From the IMG/VR virus record IMGVR_UViG_3300050034_000098, positions 15,758 to 79,757 of that record: a stretch of DNA of 64,000 bases. One strand, given 5' to 3'. Shown here piece by piece: positions 8,895 to 20,038 of the stretch. Source of the stretch: a virus. Each line of letters begins with the position of its first letter. The stretch's first letter is position 1. Under the pieces are notes generated by a model that saw only the letters and a program-made list of their open reading frames with translations, ran no database searches and was not told the origin of the DNA. The translations under genes were made by a program, and so were the position numbers.

Positions 8895-8954
8895 AATAGT
8901 TATTAATATACCATATAATTAATAATTAAATAGATATAAAAGGGAGTTATTAAA

Positions 8955-11700
8955 ATGAATTTATCAAAAATTAATAAAGCATGTGTCAAGATCCATAACG
9001 AATTAAAAATAAAATATGCAATTGTTCCAACAATTTCACAACTACGCATGGCATGCATTTACAACGCATCCAAATATAATGGTAGTTGGAATTTAGAAAT
9101 TACAAGCGAATTTGCATCATATAATACTGGTCGCAACAATTTAATGAATGATATGTGCGATAGAATTGCGGAGGTTACAAAATGATTGAAATTAAGGTGT
9201 ATTTTGAAAATAAAGATTCACTTAATACCAGAATAAATGCAACTTTTGAAGAAGCTAAAAAATATTATGTTGGCAATGTTTTTAATATTGGTTCAGTAAA
9301 CGACAAAATGGTTAAATGCAATAAAATTGAATTAATTGAAGGTGACAAAATTGACAGCTAAAGAATTAATTATTGAATTGAAAAAATGTCCAGAAAATGC
9401 AATTGTTGTTTATTACAATACAGAATATGGCGGTTATATTAAAGTTGATATGGCTGATTATAATGAAGAACAAGATAGAATTGAATTAGAATAGGAGACA
9501 GAATAATATGAATTGCGATAAATGCGTTTTAACTGATAGTCAATGTCAAAATAATTCCTGTGAATATTGTAAATATGAAAAAGTAAAAAGTAATGAACGT
9601 CCATGCCTTGAATGTTATGATTTTGATTGTAAATTTGTTCCTAAGGAGGGCTTAAAATGACTCTTTATGTTACACCAAAGGGATGGGGTTTTGATTGCAA
9701 TTTAATCAAAGACGGAGTACTATTATATCATTATGACTTTCACCAAATGTCATTAATTGAATTAGAAGACGAATTAGAAAATGTTTTTAGTAGTGTATTC
9801 GGGAATTATGAAATTGAAATATTAGAAAATAAGGTAGGTAAATAATATGAAAATTATATGTTTTGGTAATGAAAAAATTGAAATTAACACAATAGGTCTT
9901 AGTTTTATCGCAACGATTACGGATAGGAAGACGAACAATAAGGTTTTAATTGACATTGATATGGATGGCTTAGTCAGATCATTTGGAAGCCTTGTGCCTT
10001 ATCCTAAGGCGTTGTATAGAGTTTTATGCGAATATGATAAAGTTATGAAGGTGGCTTAATTGTGAAGTTATATAATTATATTTTAAAAGTATATCCAAGC
10101 GTGGGCAAGCCTAGGGTTGATAATCCACGCAGTTGGCTTTGGTTCGCTGATAAAGAGGCACTAAAAAGGGAAATTGTAAGTGATATTAGATATTTTCCAG
10201 GAAGTAAATTTTTAGGATATTTAGAAAAAGAAGCTAAATTAGAATATGAAGGAATCTTGACAGATAATAAATTAGAATATGAAGACTATTCGCTATTATT
10301 AGAAAATGAAAATGAAATAGAAGATCTTTCTACAATTTTAGAACCATTTAAAGGATGTAAAATACAAATCAAAATCTTGGAGTGATTCTATGTTTATATT
10401 ATTTGTGCTAATGATAGCAATTTTAGGATGGAGAGGGTTTAAAATATGAATGTCTTAAATAGAATAGATAAAGCGAACACGAATATAGAAATTTTAATAG
10501 AAAATTATATAAGTGAAGTTGAATCAAATAATTCAAATTATTGTCCACGAAATGAAACTGTTATTAAAAACTGTATTCATAATTGTGAAAAATGTAAACA
10601 AGATTATTATGAAAATCTATTTATAGAAATGAAGAAAAAATATACAGTGTGAGGTGAATTATATGAAATGTAAATGCGGTACTGAAATGTTAAGTTGTAG
10701 CTATATCCACGTTATTGGTGATTTTGAACTTAGAAAAACAGAAAAACAGTATATTTTAACATGCCCAAATTGTAAAGAAGGATCACAGATTCACTGGTCA
10801 CAAAATGAATGTGAATCAGAAATGAAATTTAAAAATAGAAAATGTTATACATTATGAAAGAGGGTGACGTTGTAGTATTAAAAAGTAACTGGAAAGAAAT
10901 TATAAAAACTGGACACTATGACTCTGTTGTAATTTTAAAAGAATTTAAACCAATTGAAGAACAATATTTTATAATAAAGCAAACAACTGCAAGTTTTAAT
11001 TTAATACAGATTGAGTGGATGGGCGGTTATTATTGGGGAAATTGTGAATGGTTTGAAATATTAAAACATAGTAAATTAACAGATTATTACTATAGTGATT
11101 TTTTAATTGACACAAATACGAAAGGCGTGATATAATGGAAGAGTTTCCAAAACAAATGGTTATTTATTCTAAAGAATGGAAATATGAGCAGTTCATAAAA
11201 TTAATTACAATTGTTTTGATTGAGCGTATGAAAGATGAGGAAGATGCTAAAAATATTATTTCATATTGTAAATTACAATGTGGATTAATTGATAAGGAGG
11301 ATTATCTTTGATAAAGTGCGATAAAATTTATGTTGTAATTAATAACGATTTTATAAGAGTGTCAAAAGATCTAAATGAATCTTTATATAATCTATTCTTA
11401 GCTGATAATAATGAAGAAATACTAGATTTGGCAAGGAATAATGAAACTGATTTAAATATTATTAGAAGTAAAATTAAAAATGGTAGTAAAATTATTGAAA
11501 GTAAATTATACGTGTGAAGGAGAAAATATGAATGAATTTTTAGTATATCTGAATTGGATTGAAAATCTATATATGTACGGTAGCGTTTATGACGTTGAAT
11601 TATTAAAATAAGGAGTGATAAAATTGAAACAACTTCCTGAAAGAATAAAAAAAGGTGGTAGTATTTTAATAAAGGATGGTTGTCCATCTGAATATGGATT
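8955..11700 (+). other. Cluster of about 14 small hypothetical early ORFs (incl. 8955-9185, 9657-9845, 9847-10059, 10062-10385, 10446-10652, 10654-10857, 10842-11135, 11308-11517)
   Basis: Tightly packed ORFs, each with a GGAG/GAGG RBS. Confidence 0.7.
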
Positions 11701-11803
11701 AAAAGACTATTGCAATAATGGAAATACTTATTGCGTTACATGTTGGCATGAGTCATTAAAGGAATTAGAAAAGGAAAAGTTATCTTTGTAAAGGAGTAAC
11801 ATT

Positions 11804-14728
11804 ATGTATATTAGTTTACACAATCACAGCGAATTTAGTGTATTTGATGGCTATTCTAAGGTTGAAGAAATTGTAAGTCGTGCCAAAGAATTAGGTCAAG
11901 ACTCGATTAGTTTAACAGAACATTCAACTCTTAGTAGTATAGTCCCATTTTATAAAGAATGTAAAAAGCAAGGAATTAAACCAATTTTAGGTAATGAATT
12001 TTATTTTACTAATGATTTGAATTTGAAGGACCGATCATATACCTATCATTTAATTCTTTTAGCTAAAACAGATGAGGGATATTATAATTTAAAGAAACTT
12101 GATACGTTATCATATGAGAATGTATACTATAAGCCTAGAATCGATTTTAACATGCTTAGAGAACATTCTAAGGGACTTGTTTGTTTATCTGCTTGCCTTG
12201 CATCAATTATTAATACTTTAGATGGTGAGCAGTGGGCAGTGAAGTTTAAGGACTTATTTGGTGATGATTTTTATTTAGAATATCAAACAAATACAATGCA
12301 AGAACAAGATACTTATAATAAAAAGATTATTGCCTTATCAGAAAAATATAATATAGAAACTGTTATTACAAGTGATAGTCATTACGCTGTTAAGAGTGAT
12401 TCAAAGTGGCATAAATACTGGGTTAGTATCCAAAAAGAAAACAATGAGTATTACTCTACCCCAGATTATTGGATTTATGGCGAATCTGATATTTATAAAA
12501 TAATGCAAGGTAGAGTCGAAAAAGAAACGCTAAGAAAATCCATAGAAAATACAAAAAAAATAGCAGATCAATGCAATGTTAGTATAAAAGTTGAAGGAAA
12601 TCATTTTGCTAAATTTCCAACTGATAACGAATTAGAAGACGTAAAGGAAATATGTCGTGATGGCTGGAGGAATAAGATAAAAGATAAAATACCCAAGGAA
12701 GAACAAAAAAAATACTTGGACAGATTTTTACACGAAATGAATGTCCTTGAAAAATGTAAATATTTAAATTATCTATTAATTATTCACGACATTTCAAAAT
12801 GGTGTAATGAGAATAATATTCTAGTTGGTCCCGGAAGAGGAAGTTCGGGAAGTTCATTAGTTTGTTATTTAATGGATATTACTAAATTAGATCCATTATT
12901 GTTTCCTGAAATGATGTTTGAACGATTTTGTAATCCCGATCGAATTACACCTTGTGATATCGATTTAGATTTCGAAGATACAAAACGCCAAGATGTTATA
13001 GATTATGTTAAGGAAAAATATGGTACAGTTTATAATATTAGAGTATTTTCATTTATGGGAATAAAAGGTTCACTAAAAAGAGCAGGTAAGTCTTTAAATA
13101 TTCCTAGTGAAGATGTACTAAATTTAACAAAAGGAATTTCTTTTTTTGAAGATATTAAAGGTAACACTGAATTAGTAGAATTGGCAAAACATTATGAAGG
13201 TAGACTACAAGGGTACTCTGTGCATGCCTCTGCTGTTTGCGTATTCACCGAAGATCCTTTACTGTTCAATCCTATTGAAAGACAAAAAAGAACTGGAGAG
13301 GATGAACTCGTATCAGTTTGTAGTTATGATTATCACGACTTAGAAGAAATGGGAATATTAAAATTAGATATTTTAGGATTAAGAAATTTAAGCATAGTTC
13401 ATAATACACTGGATTTAATTGGAAAACCAATTAATATTTATAACCTACCAATTAATGATTCTGAGGTTTATGCAAGGTACGCATCAGGTAAAACCCTGGG
13501 CATGTTTCAGGTAGAATCTAGTTTGATGACACATTATAGTAAATTAATAAAAACAAATTGTTTTGATGATATTTCAGCATTAATTAGTTTATGTCGCCCT
13601 GGTCCACTAGATAGTGGTATGGCTGATTTTTTTGTAGAGGGTAAAAACGGGAATATCAAAGAGGCTATTTGCCCAGAGGTAGAACCAATTTTAAGATCAA
13701 CATATCAAGTTTTAGTATATCAAGAACAATTAATGAAAATTGTAATAAAATTAGGAAATTATACATTCGGAGAAGCGGATGGACTTAGAAAAATTGTAGG
13801 AAGAAAAGAATTAGATAAAATTAATGAAGCAACAGAAATATTTATATCTAAGGCAGTGGGTAATGGAATTAGTTTAGAAGCCGCAATAGAATTAGGAAGA
13901 CAAATAAAAGCTTGTGGTAGGTATATTTTTAATGCAAGTCATGGCTTATTATATGCCTATATGTCTTATATGACTGCATGGTTTTTAACTCATTATAATA
14001 AAGAGTATATGTGTTCTGTTTTAAATTCATTTATTAATAAACAAGATAAGTCACTTCCCTATATTACAGAATATAAAGATGTAATTTTATCACCTGATAT
14101 TTTAAAAGGAAATGAAAAGTGGTGTCTAGAAGATGACAAAATAAGAGTAGGACTAACATATATTAAAGGTGTTGGTGCTAATTTAGATTTATCAGATATT
14201 TCAAATCTAGAAAAAATCTATTTAAATAATAATAAGAAAGTTTTAGAAGCCTTGGTAAAAAGTGGAGCATTAGATTCATTTGGTGAACGCCCATATTTAT
14301 TAGCATTAGTTCCTGCGGCTTTAGATTATCAAAAGAAATATAAAAACATAATTACAAAGCTTGAAGAGTGGAAATATAAAAATAATCAGAAAAAGATTGA
14401 CGAATGGCAGAATAAGTTATATAATTTAAAAATAGATGAAGTCGAACCAATTAAAATCTATAATTATGCAAGCACAGAATTAGAAACATTGGGATACACT
14501 TCATATGCCTTGCCTAAAATTATAAAAGGTAAGTTAATAATTTATAAAGAATTAGTATCAAAAAAAGGTAATAAATATGGAAAGTTGACATTTGGTACAG
14601 ACTATGGTAAAATAGAGTTAACAATATTTGATAGAGATATAAAAAAGTATAAACCACGAGTGAATACGAGTTATATGTTTATGTCAAATAATGATTTGTT
14701 AAGCGATATGAAGGAGGTGAAAGAATGA
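11804..14728 (+). CDS. dnaE: DNA polymerase III alpha subunit (family C, DnaE-type)
   Basis: PHP domain (HNHSEFS..DG, TEH, GNEFY, DSHY), GPGRGSSGS, FERFCNPDR..PCDIDLDF, LKLDILGL, YIFNASH. Confidence 0.95.
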   Translation: MYISLHNHSEFSVFDGYSKVEEIVSRAKELGQDSISLTEHSTLSSIVPFYKECKKQGIKPILGNEFYFTNDLNLKDRSYTYHLILLAKTDEGYYNLKKLDTLSYENVYYKPRIDFNMLREHSKGLVCLSACLASIINTLDGEQWAVKFKDLFGDDFYLEYQTNTMQEQDTYNKKIIALSEKYNIETVITSDSHYAVKSDSKWHKYWVSIQKENNEYYSTPDYWIYGESDIYKIMQGRVEKETLRKSIENTKKIADQCNVSIKVEGNHFAKFPTDNELEDVKEICRDGWRNKIKDKIPKEEQKKYLDRFLHEMNVLEKCKYLNYLLIIHDISKWCNENNILVGPGRGSSGSSLVCYLMDITKLDPLLFPEMMFERFCNPDRITPCDIDLDFEDTKRQDVIDYVKEKYGTVYNIRVFSFMGIKGSLKRAGKSLNIPSEDVLNLTKGISFFEDIKGNTELVELAKHYEGRLQGYSVHASAVCVFTEDPLLFNPIERQKRTGEDELVSVCSYDYHDLEEMGILKLDILGLRNLSIVHNTLDLIGKPINIYNLPINDSEVYARYASGKTLGMFQVESSLMTHYSKLIKTNCFDDISALISLCRPGPLDSGMADFFVEGKNGNIKEAICPEVEPILRSTYQVLVYQEQLMKIVIKLGNYTFGEADGLRKIVGRKELDKINEATEIFISKAVGNGISLEAAIELGRQIKACGRYIFNASHGLLYAYMSYMTAWFLTHYNKEYMCSVLNSFINKQDKSLPYITEYKDVILSPDILKGNEKWCLEDDKIRVGLTYIKGVGANLDLSDISNLEKIYLNNNKKVLEALVKSGALDSFGERPYLLALVPAALDYQKKYKNIITKLEEWKYKNNQKKIDEWQNKLYNLKIDEVEPIKIYNYASTELETLGYTSYALPKIIKGKLIIYKELVSKKGNKYGKLTFGTDYGKIELTIFDRDIKKYKPRVNTSYMFMSNNDLLSDMKEVKE

Positions 14729-15462
14729 CTTATTACGAAGTCTATAAAAAATATAATAGTATTGATAAACTTGAATCATGTGTAAATAAAGATATTTCAA
14801 CAGCCCTAATTATAAATAAAGACAGAATCAAATATATTTTAGAAGCCGCAAACCAAGTTATAAAAGAAAATGATTGGACTAATAATTTATCAAGGAAAGA
14901 GGCGAAAGAATGAGTTTGTCTAAAAGTGCTATTGAGAGAAAATATAATGTTTATTTAGATAGAGACAAAGGATATGATGGTGGCACATACTATTGGCTTT
15001 GTTTTGATAGTATAGAAAATATGGAATGGATTTGTAACGGTTATACACTTTCTGAGATAGAAGAAAAGTTAAAGGAAATAAAATGAAAAGTATTAATAAA
15101 TGTAATACATGCAAAATCTATCTTATTAATAATGAAACTCCAGATATTATGATATGTAATGCTTGTCAAATTAAATTTTATTTAAAACAAATATTTTATG
15201 AAATACCAGTCATAAGAAAAATTAATGATATAATTGACGAAAGGAGGTGAAATAAAATTGATCTGTAAAAGTTGCTCAAGTTGTCTATATCATAAAAAGG
15301 ATACTAAATGCAAGTGGTATATGCCATCAGGTAATATTGACTATTGTGTAAATTATGAAGATGCCTGTGAGGACTTAAGAGAATTACAATTCTTAGATGA
15401 TCTAGAAAATGAATGTACTAATCCAAACCAATAATAAAAAATAAAAGAGGCGTAAGCCGACT

Positions 15463-16125
15463 ATGAGGAGTGTATACGACAATATGAATATTTATGAAAA
15501 AATGAATCAATTAAAAGAAAAATTTGCACAAACCGAATTAAAGAAATCAGGTAAAAATAAATTTGCAGGATTTGAATACTTTGAATTAAAAGATATTATC
15601 CCAACGATTTTAAAGCTAGAAAAGGAAATTGGATTATATTCACTAGTGACATTTGATAAAGATAATGCAACATTAAAATTTTATGACACAGAAAAGCCAA
15701 CTGCGAGTGAATTCATTGTGACACAAGTCCCTATGATTACAGATTTTGAAATGGCAAAAGCGAATAAAGTACAAAGTATGGGGGCTGTAGTAACATATTT
15801 TAGAAGATATTTATATGTAACTGCTCTTGACATCGTAGAAAATGACGTATTTGATGCAATTAGTGGTAAGGAAGAAACTAAAGCCCCATATAAAACTAAA
15901 GAATTTAAATCTAGTCCACCCAAAAATGATTTTGTTAAGCCTAAGGTAGAAAATGTAGTAGATCCTCATGAATTTGTATTAACGTTTGGTATAGAAAATG
16001 GTAAAACACTTGGACAGGTTTATAAAAAAAATAAGGGATATATCAAATGGTTAAGTGAAAACGGGAAAGATGATGCAAAAAATGCCGCACTTGCCTTATT
16101 AGCTAGTGAAGAATTACCTTTTTAA
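15463..16125 (+). CDS. ERF-family single-strand annealing protein
   Basis: ELKKSGKNKFAGFEYFELKDI...QSMGAVVTYFRRY; C-terminal TFG...GKTLGQV...YIKWL domain. Confidence 0.8.
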   Translation: MRSVYDNMNIYEKMNQLKEKFAQTELKKSGKNKFAGFEYFELKDIIPTILKLEKEIGLYSLVTFDKDNATLKFYDTEKPTASEFIVTQVPMITDFEMAKANKVQSMGAVVTYFRRYLYVTALDIVENDVFDAISGKEETKAPYKTKEFKSSPPKNDFVKPKVENVVDPHEFVLTFGIENGKTLGQVYKKNKGYIKWLSENGKDDAKNAALALLASEELPF

Positions 16126-16262
16126 GGAGCTGATTAAATGAACTTTTGGAATTTTGCAGACAAACATCCTGTTGCATTAGTTTTTATTGTTTATTTTATA
16201 TGTTATTTTTTATATAGTATTGCATATCTTTTATATAGTTGTTAAAAAGGGGGAATAATTAA

Positions 16263-16517
16263 ATGAACTTAGAAAAAAATGAAAAAGAAACAATTATTAA
16301 TTTTGATGAAAGCAATAATATTGCAAACATTTACACTTGCAGTAAATCAGTAGCTAATAAATGCAGTAAAGCAGGATATGAACTAAAAGAAAAGACTGAT
16401 AATTCGTGGACATATGAAACAAATAAAAAGTTTATATCATTTAGAAATTCACTAGCTAAACAACGAACTGTTTCAAAAGATCAAATTAATAAAATGAATG
16501 AAGGTAAAAATAAATGA
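16263..16517 (+). CDS. Hypothetical protein
   Basis: ORF track, RBS GGGGG. Confidence 0.65.
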   Translation: MNLEKNEKETIINFDESNNIANIYTCSKSVANKCSKAGYELKEKTDNSWTYETNKKFISFRNSLAKQRTVSKDQINKMNEGKNK

Positions 16518-16845
16518 AGAAGCCTCGTTGTTTTGTTGCTTGTAACTGTTATGAATTTGGAGAACATTGTGAAATAACTAGAGGACAGGCACTTGATAAA
16601 TGCAATGGTTGCGAATTATATTTTGAGAATGTATTAGATCATGAGGAGGAAGTTAATAATGAAAAAAGCAACTGAATTAGAATTCTTAGAATGGTTTTAT
16701 TTCAATTGTGATTTTGGACCAGCAGACAGTGATGTAAAATATATGATGAAAGAAAATTTTATAGAAGAAACAGGGAAAGAGTTACCTGACAGTTATCCAC
16801 TAAGTGAGGATGAATAAATTATATATCATTTGATTCTATCTGAAA

Positions 16846-16905
16846 TTCTTCTACAAATACCTATAAATTAACATATAATATTAAAGGCTTATACAAGTGT
16901 ATAGG
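16846..16905 (-). repeat. Dispersed 60-bp element, copy E
   Basis: Minus strand CCTATACACTTGTATAAG...TAATATTATATGTTAA...TTTGTAGAAGAA with 48-bp spacing. Confidence 0.8.
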
Positions 16906-16918
16906 TCTTATTTTTTTA
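16884..16918 (+). terminator. Probable intrinsic terminator (overlaps the element E palindrome)
   Basis: AAGGCTTATAC-AAGT-GTATAGGTCTT then ATTTTTTT. Confidence 0.55.
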
Positions 16919-16928
16919 TATTATTTTA

Positions 16929-16957
16929 TTGACTTTTTAGCATGGTGATGTTATACT
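16929..16957 (+). promoter_or_regulatory. sigma70-type promoter
   Basis: TTGACT-17-TATACT. Confidence 0.75.
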
Positions 16958-16989
16958 AATATTATAAAAATAAAAGGAGATGTAAATAA

Positions 16990-17736
16990 TTGAGTGATAC
17001 AGAAATTACAAATTCACTAAGAGTCGCACTTCGCGAAAGATATATGATGCCTGAATGGATTCTAATGGAGGAAGTAGGGAATGCGACTGGTGGGCGTTGT
17101 AGCCGTTATGCCGATGCGTTGGCTTATAACCTATATCCATCTAAAAATTATCAAAAGATTGGTTTTGAAATTAAAGCATCAAAAGGTGACTTAAGAAGAG
17201 AACTAAAAGACGGTTCTAAATCTAATGCAATTGCACAATATTGTGATGAGTGGTATTTATTAGTTCCAAAAGGACTATGTGATAATGAAGAAATTCCATT
17301 AACTTGGGGAATTATGGAGTTAAACAATGACAAAATAAGAATCAAAAAGAAAGCTGAAAAAATAGTTAATAAAATTCCATTTGATAATGATATCATTTCA
17401 GGAGTTTTACAATCAGTAATGAGATTAGCAAGAAATAAATATGAATGGAACTCAAATATTTTAAGAGGTAAAATTGAAAAGGAAAATTCAGCTAGAATTG
17501 ATGAAAGAGTATCTCTTAGAATAAGAGAATTAGAAGAAGACGTAAGAGTCTTTCGGGAAATTAAACAAAAATTAGGACTGAGATTATATGGAATACTTAA
17601 CTCGGATGAATTTATAAAACAATTTAAATTAGCACAACAAATTTCAGACCAATACATTGAAGGAAGAGCATCTCAACTTGAGGTTATAGCGAAAAGACTA
17701 CTTAGCGAATCAGAAAATCTACGTAGAATTAAATAA
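16990..17736 (+). CDS. MmcB-like PD-(D/E)XK nuclease
   Basis: EEVGNATG...RYADALA.NLYPS....GFEIKASKGDLRREL...K..AIAQYCDEWYL. Confidence 0.7.
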   Translation: MSDTEITNSLRVALRERYMMPEWILMEEVGNATGGRCSRYADALAYNLYPSKNYQKIGFEIKASKGDLRRELKDGSKSNAIAQYCDEWYLLVPKGLCDNEEIPLTWGIMELNNDKIRIKKKAEKIVNKIPFDNDIISGVLQSVMRLARNKYEWNSNILRGKIEKENSARIDERVSLRIRELEEDVRVFREIKQKLGLRLYGILNSDEFIKQFKLAQQISDQYIEGRASQLEVIAKRLLSESENLRRIK

Positions 17737-17750
17737 AAGGTGGTTGAAAA

Positions 17751-18179
17751 ATGAATTATTCAGAAGAATTAGTTGAAACTCTTGGCAAGCTAAAAACAAT
17801 TATAGATGATATTGAATTGCAGAGAAAACGATTAAATGAAAAATTATCATCACTTGACAAGTCACAAATTGATGTTGAACACTTATTACAATTAGGAAAT
17901 TTAGATGGAAAGGGACTTGTTAAATGTGGGGGTGTTCTTAGAGATTTAAGAATCGAAAGAGATGCGGTTAAGACAGAGTTATTTGTTTTGGAACATTTAT
18001 ATAAAATAGTTAATTCAGATAACGGTGGATTTAAAAGTAAAATCATAAGCTTGGCGAATAATACAAAAGAAACATATGAATCATCACAACAAAGAAAATA
18101 TCGCATTAGAAATGTTGATAAAGATTTTGTCTTATCAGTTATAAAAGATGAAGATGTTTTAAAGAATTTGGTATTTTAA
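17751..18179 (+). CDS. Hypothetical coiled-coil phage protein
   Basis: ORF track. Confidence 0.7.
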   Translation: MNYSEELVETLGKLKTIIDDIELQRKRLNEKLSSLDKSQIDVEHLLQLGNLDGKGLVKCGGVLRDLRIERDAVKTELFVLEHLYKIVNSDNGGFKSKIISLANNTKETYESSQQRKYRIRNVDKDFVLSVIKDEDVLKNLVF

Positions 18180-18180
18180 T

Positions 18181-18459
18181 ATGAAAAGGACAATATTAGA
18201 ATTAATAAATCAGAGACAAAGACAAGTTTTAGTTCATAGTATTTTATATTATAATTACAATGAAAGTCTTGTGAGCGATTCAGATTGGAGCCGTTGGTCA
18301 AAAGAGTTGGTAGAATTAATGAAGCTATCAGAGGCGAAACAGAGCGTTCTGTATAAAGAGTTTTTAGGGTTTGAGGGTGATAGTGGATGTGACTTAGATT
18401 TATGTAATGAAGAGGCTGTCAAAAAGGCTGAACAACTATTAAAATGGAGGGATTTATAA
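18181..18459 (+). CDS. Stand-alone NAD-dependent DNA ligase N-terminal (Ia)-like domain protein
   Basis: LVHSILYYNYNESLVSDSDWSRWSKELVEL resembles LigA subdomain Ia (H.. YY..D.P.ISD.EYD.L..EL..L); no adenylation domain follows. Confidence 0.65.
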   Translation: MKRTILELINQRQRQVLVHSILYYNYNESLVSDSDWSRWSKELVELMKLSEAKQSVLYKEFLGFEGDSGCDLDLCNEEAVKKAEQLLKWRDL

Positions 18460-19479
18460 TGAAAAAATATCAAAAGAAAAATATAAGAAGATTAATTAAT
18501 TTAATTTATAATATAAATGAAGATTTAGATATTATTGATTTTGAGATAGAATGTGAAATGTTAAAGGTATTTTGTAAATGTAGAGATCTAAAAGTGACTG
18601 CACTATATCATTTAAATTTTAGTCATTTAAGATTTAATTATACTGTTGAATTTTTTGCACCAAGTGATTTAGAAAAACTATTATTAATTAGTAAGGGAGA
18701 ATATAAAAAATGAGTTTTAGAATAGGTAATAATGTAAAATTTATAAATATGGACGATTCAGATTATCCTCAAATCAAGGATGTTGTTTTTACTATAGTCA
18801 ATATTAAAAAGAAAGGAAAAGAAAATCAACATGAAGTGGTAGATAATATAGTCCCTGGCAAAGCTAGATTTTCATTTTATGCAAAAGAAGAAGAACTTAG
18901 ATATAATAATGTTGAAGATGCTGAAAAATATGACTTAAAAGAAATAATTAGAAATCAAAATCTTATGTTAGATTTATTAGATTTAATTGCGAGGAAGTGA
19001 TAAAATGATTAGATATAGAGATCATCGTGGAAGTTTAGATGAATCAATAAAAACTCAGCAATTATTTAAGGATGTTGGTCAAATGTTATCTAGTATTGCA
19101 ATTTGGCACTATGTGGCAACAGGAGAAAGAGTTTTATCTAGAGAAATTGGTGAACGAGAATTTATAGATGATAGAATTAGTTGGAATAAATGTCACCATG
19201 TTTTAGTAAATGGCTATTGTGTTGGATTTTGTAACATTGAGGAGGACTAAATAAATGAATGATAGAGAATATATAATGGACGAAATTGAAAATACGATAA
19301 ATCACATAAAAGAATTAGATATAAAATTAAGTGAAACTGTTATGAGCAAGTTCATTACGAAAGAAGATTGTTTAGATAAAAGGACGTATTGGGAGTCAAG
19401 AATAATTAATAATACTAGACATTTAATAAGATATGCAAATAATTTTGAAAAAGAAATACTAAAGGAGCATAAAAAATGA
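18444..19479 (+). other. Four small hypothetical ORFs (18444-18713, 18710-19000, 18987-19250, 19255-19479)
   Basis: ORF track, overlapping start/stop codons. Confidence 0.65.
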
Positions 19480-19919
19480 ATTTACCTAATTTAGAACATG
19501 AAATCTTTGCTAGAGTGGCGTTACACTCTTCGACAATTTCTGTTAGTAAACCACTTATAAATGAAATAGGATTAAAAGAGTCAATCATATTAACAGAATT
19601 AATGTCTAAATATTTTTATTGGAAAGATGTTAATAGACTAACAAGAGATGGATATTTCTTTTGTACTGTAGATGACTTATTGTGTAGTACCTGTATTCCA
19701 AAACAATCTCAAATAAATTGCATAAAGAAATTATCATCCATGAAATTAATAGAAACAGAAAAGCGAGGAATGCCATCAAAGAGATATTTTACTTTTACAA
19801 ATGAAAACATAGATAATTTTAAGAAATATATGGAACTTGGTCAAGTAAAAATGAGTGGATTCTACAATAAGAGAAATGAGTCTGAAACAGCGACAAATGA
19901 TCCAGTTATCCCATATTAG
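19476..19919 (+). CDS. Phage replication initiator-like wHTH protein, apparently C-terminally truncated
   Basis: K.LINEIGLKESIIL.EL...DGYFFCTVDDL...Q...IKKL...LIETEKRGMPSKRYF matches the N-terminal domain of O-like/replisome-organizer proteins. Confidence 0.65.
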   Translation: MNLPNLEHEIFARVALHSSTISVSKPLINEIGLKESIILTELMSKYFYWKDVNRLTRDGYFFCTVDDLLCSTCIPKQSQINCIKKLSSMKLIETEKRGMPSKRYFTFTNENIDNFKKYMELGQVKMSGFYNKRNESETATNDPVIPY

Positions 19920-20038
19920 ATTACAGTTATCCAATTCTGGACAAAGCAAGTACGATATTGATACACTAATAATACTAAGTTAATAATACTTAAATAATAA
20001 TACTAAAAAACATAGAAAAATCAATTGTGGATACAATT
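19903..20038. repeat. Iteron-like repeats, candidate replication origin
   Basis: CAGTTATCC at 19903 and 19924 (21-bp period); TAATAATACT at 19967, 19981, 19995 (14-bp period); AATTGT-GGAT-ACAATT palindrome at 20023-20038. Confidence 0.55.

Noticed and set aside
19903-20035. DnaA-box-like TTATCC / TATCCACA sequences
   Set aside because: One or two mismatches each and too few; better explained as phage iterons
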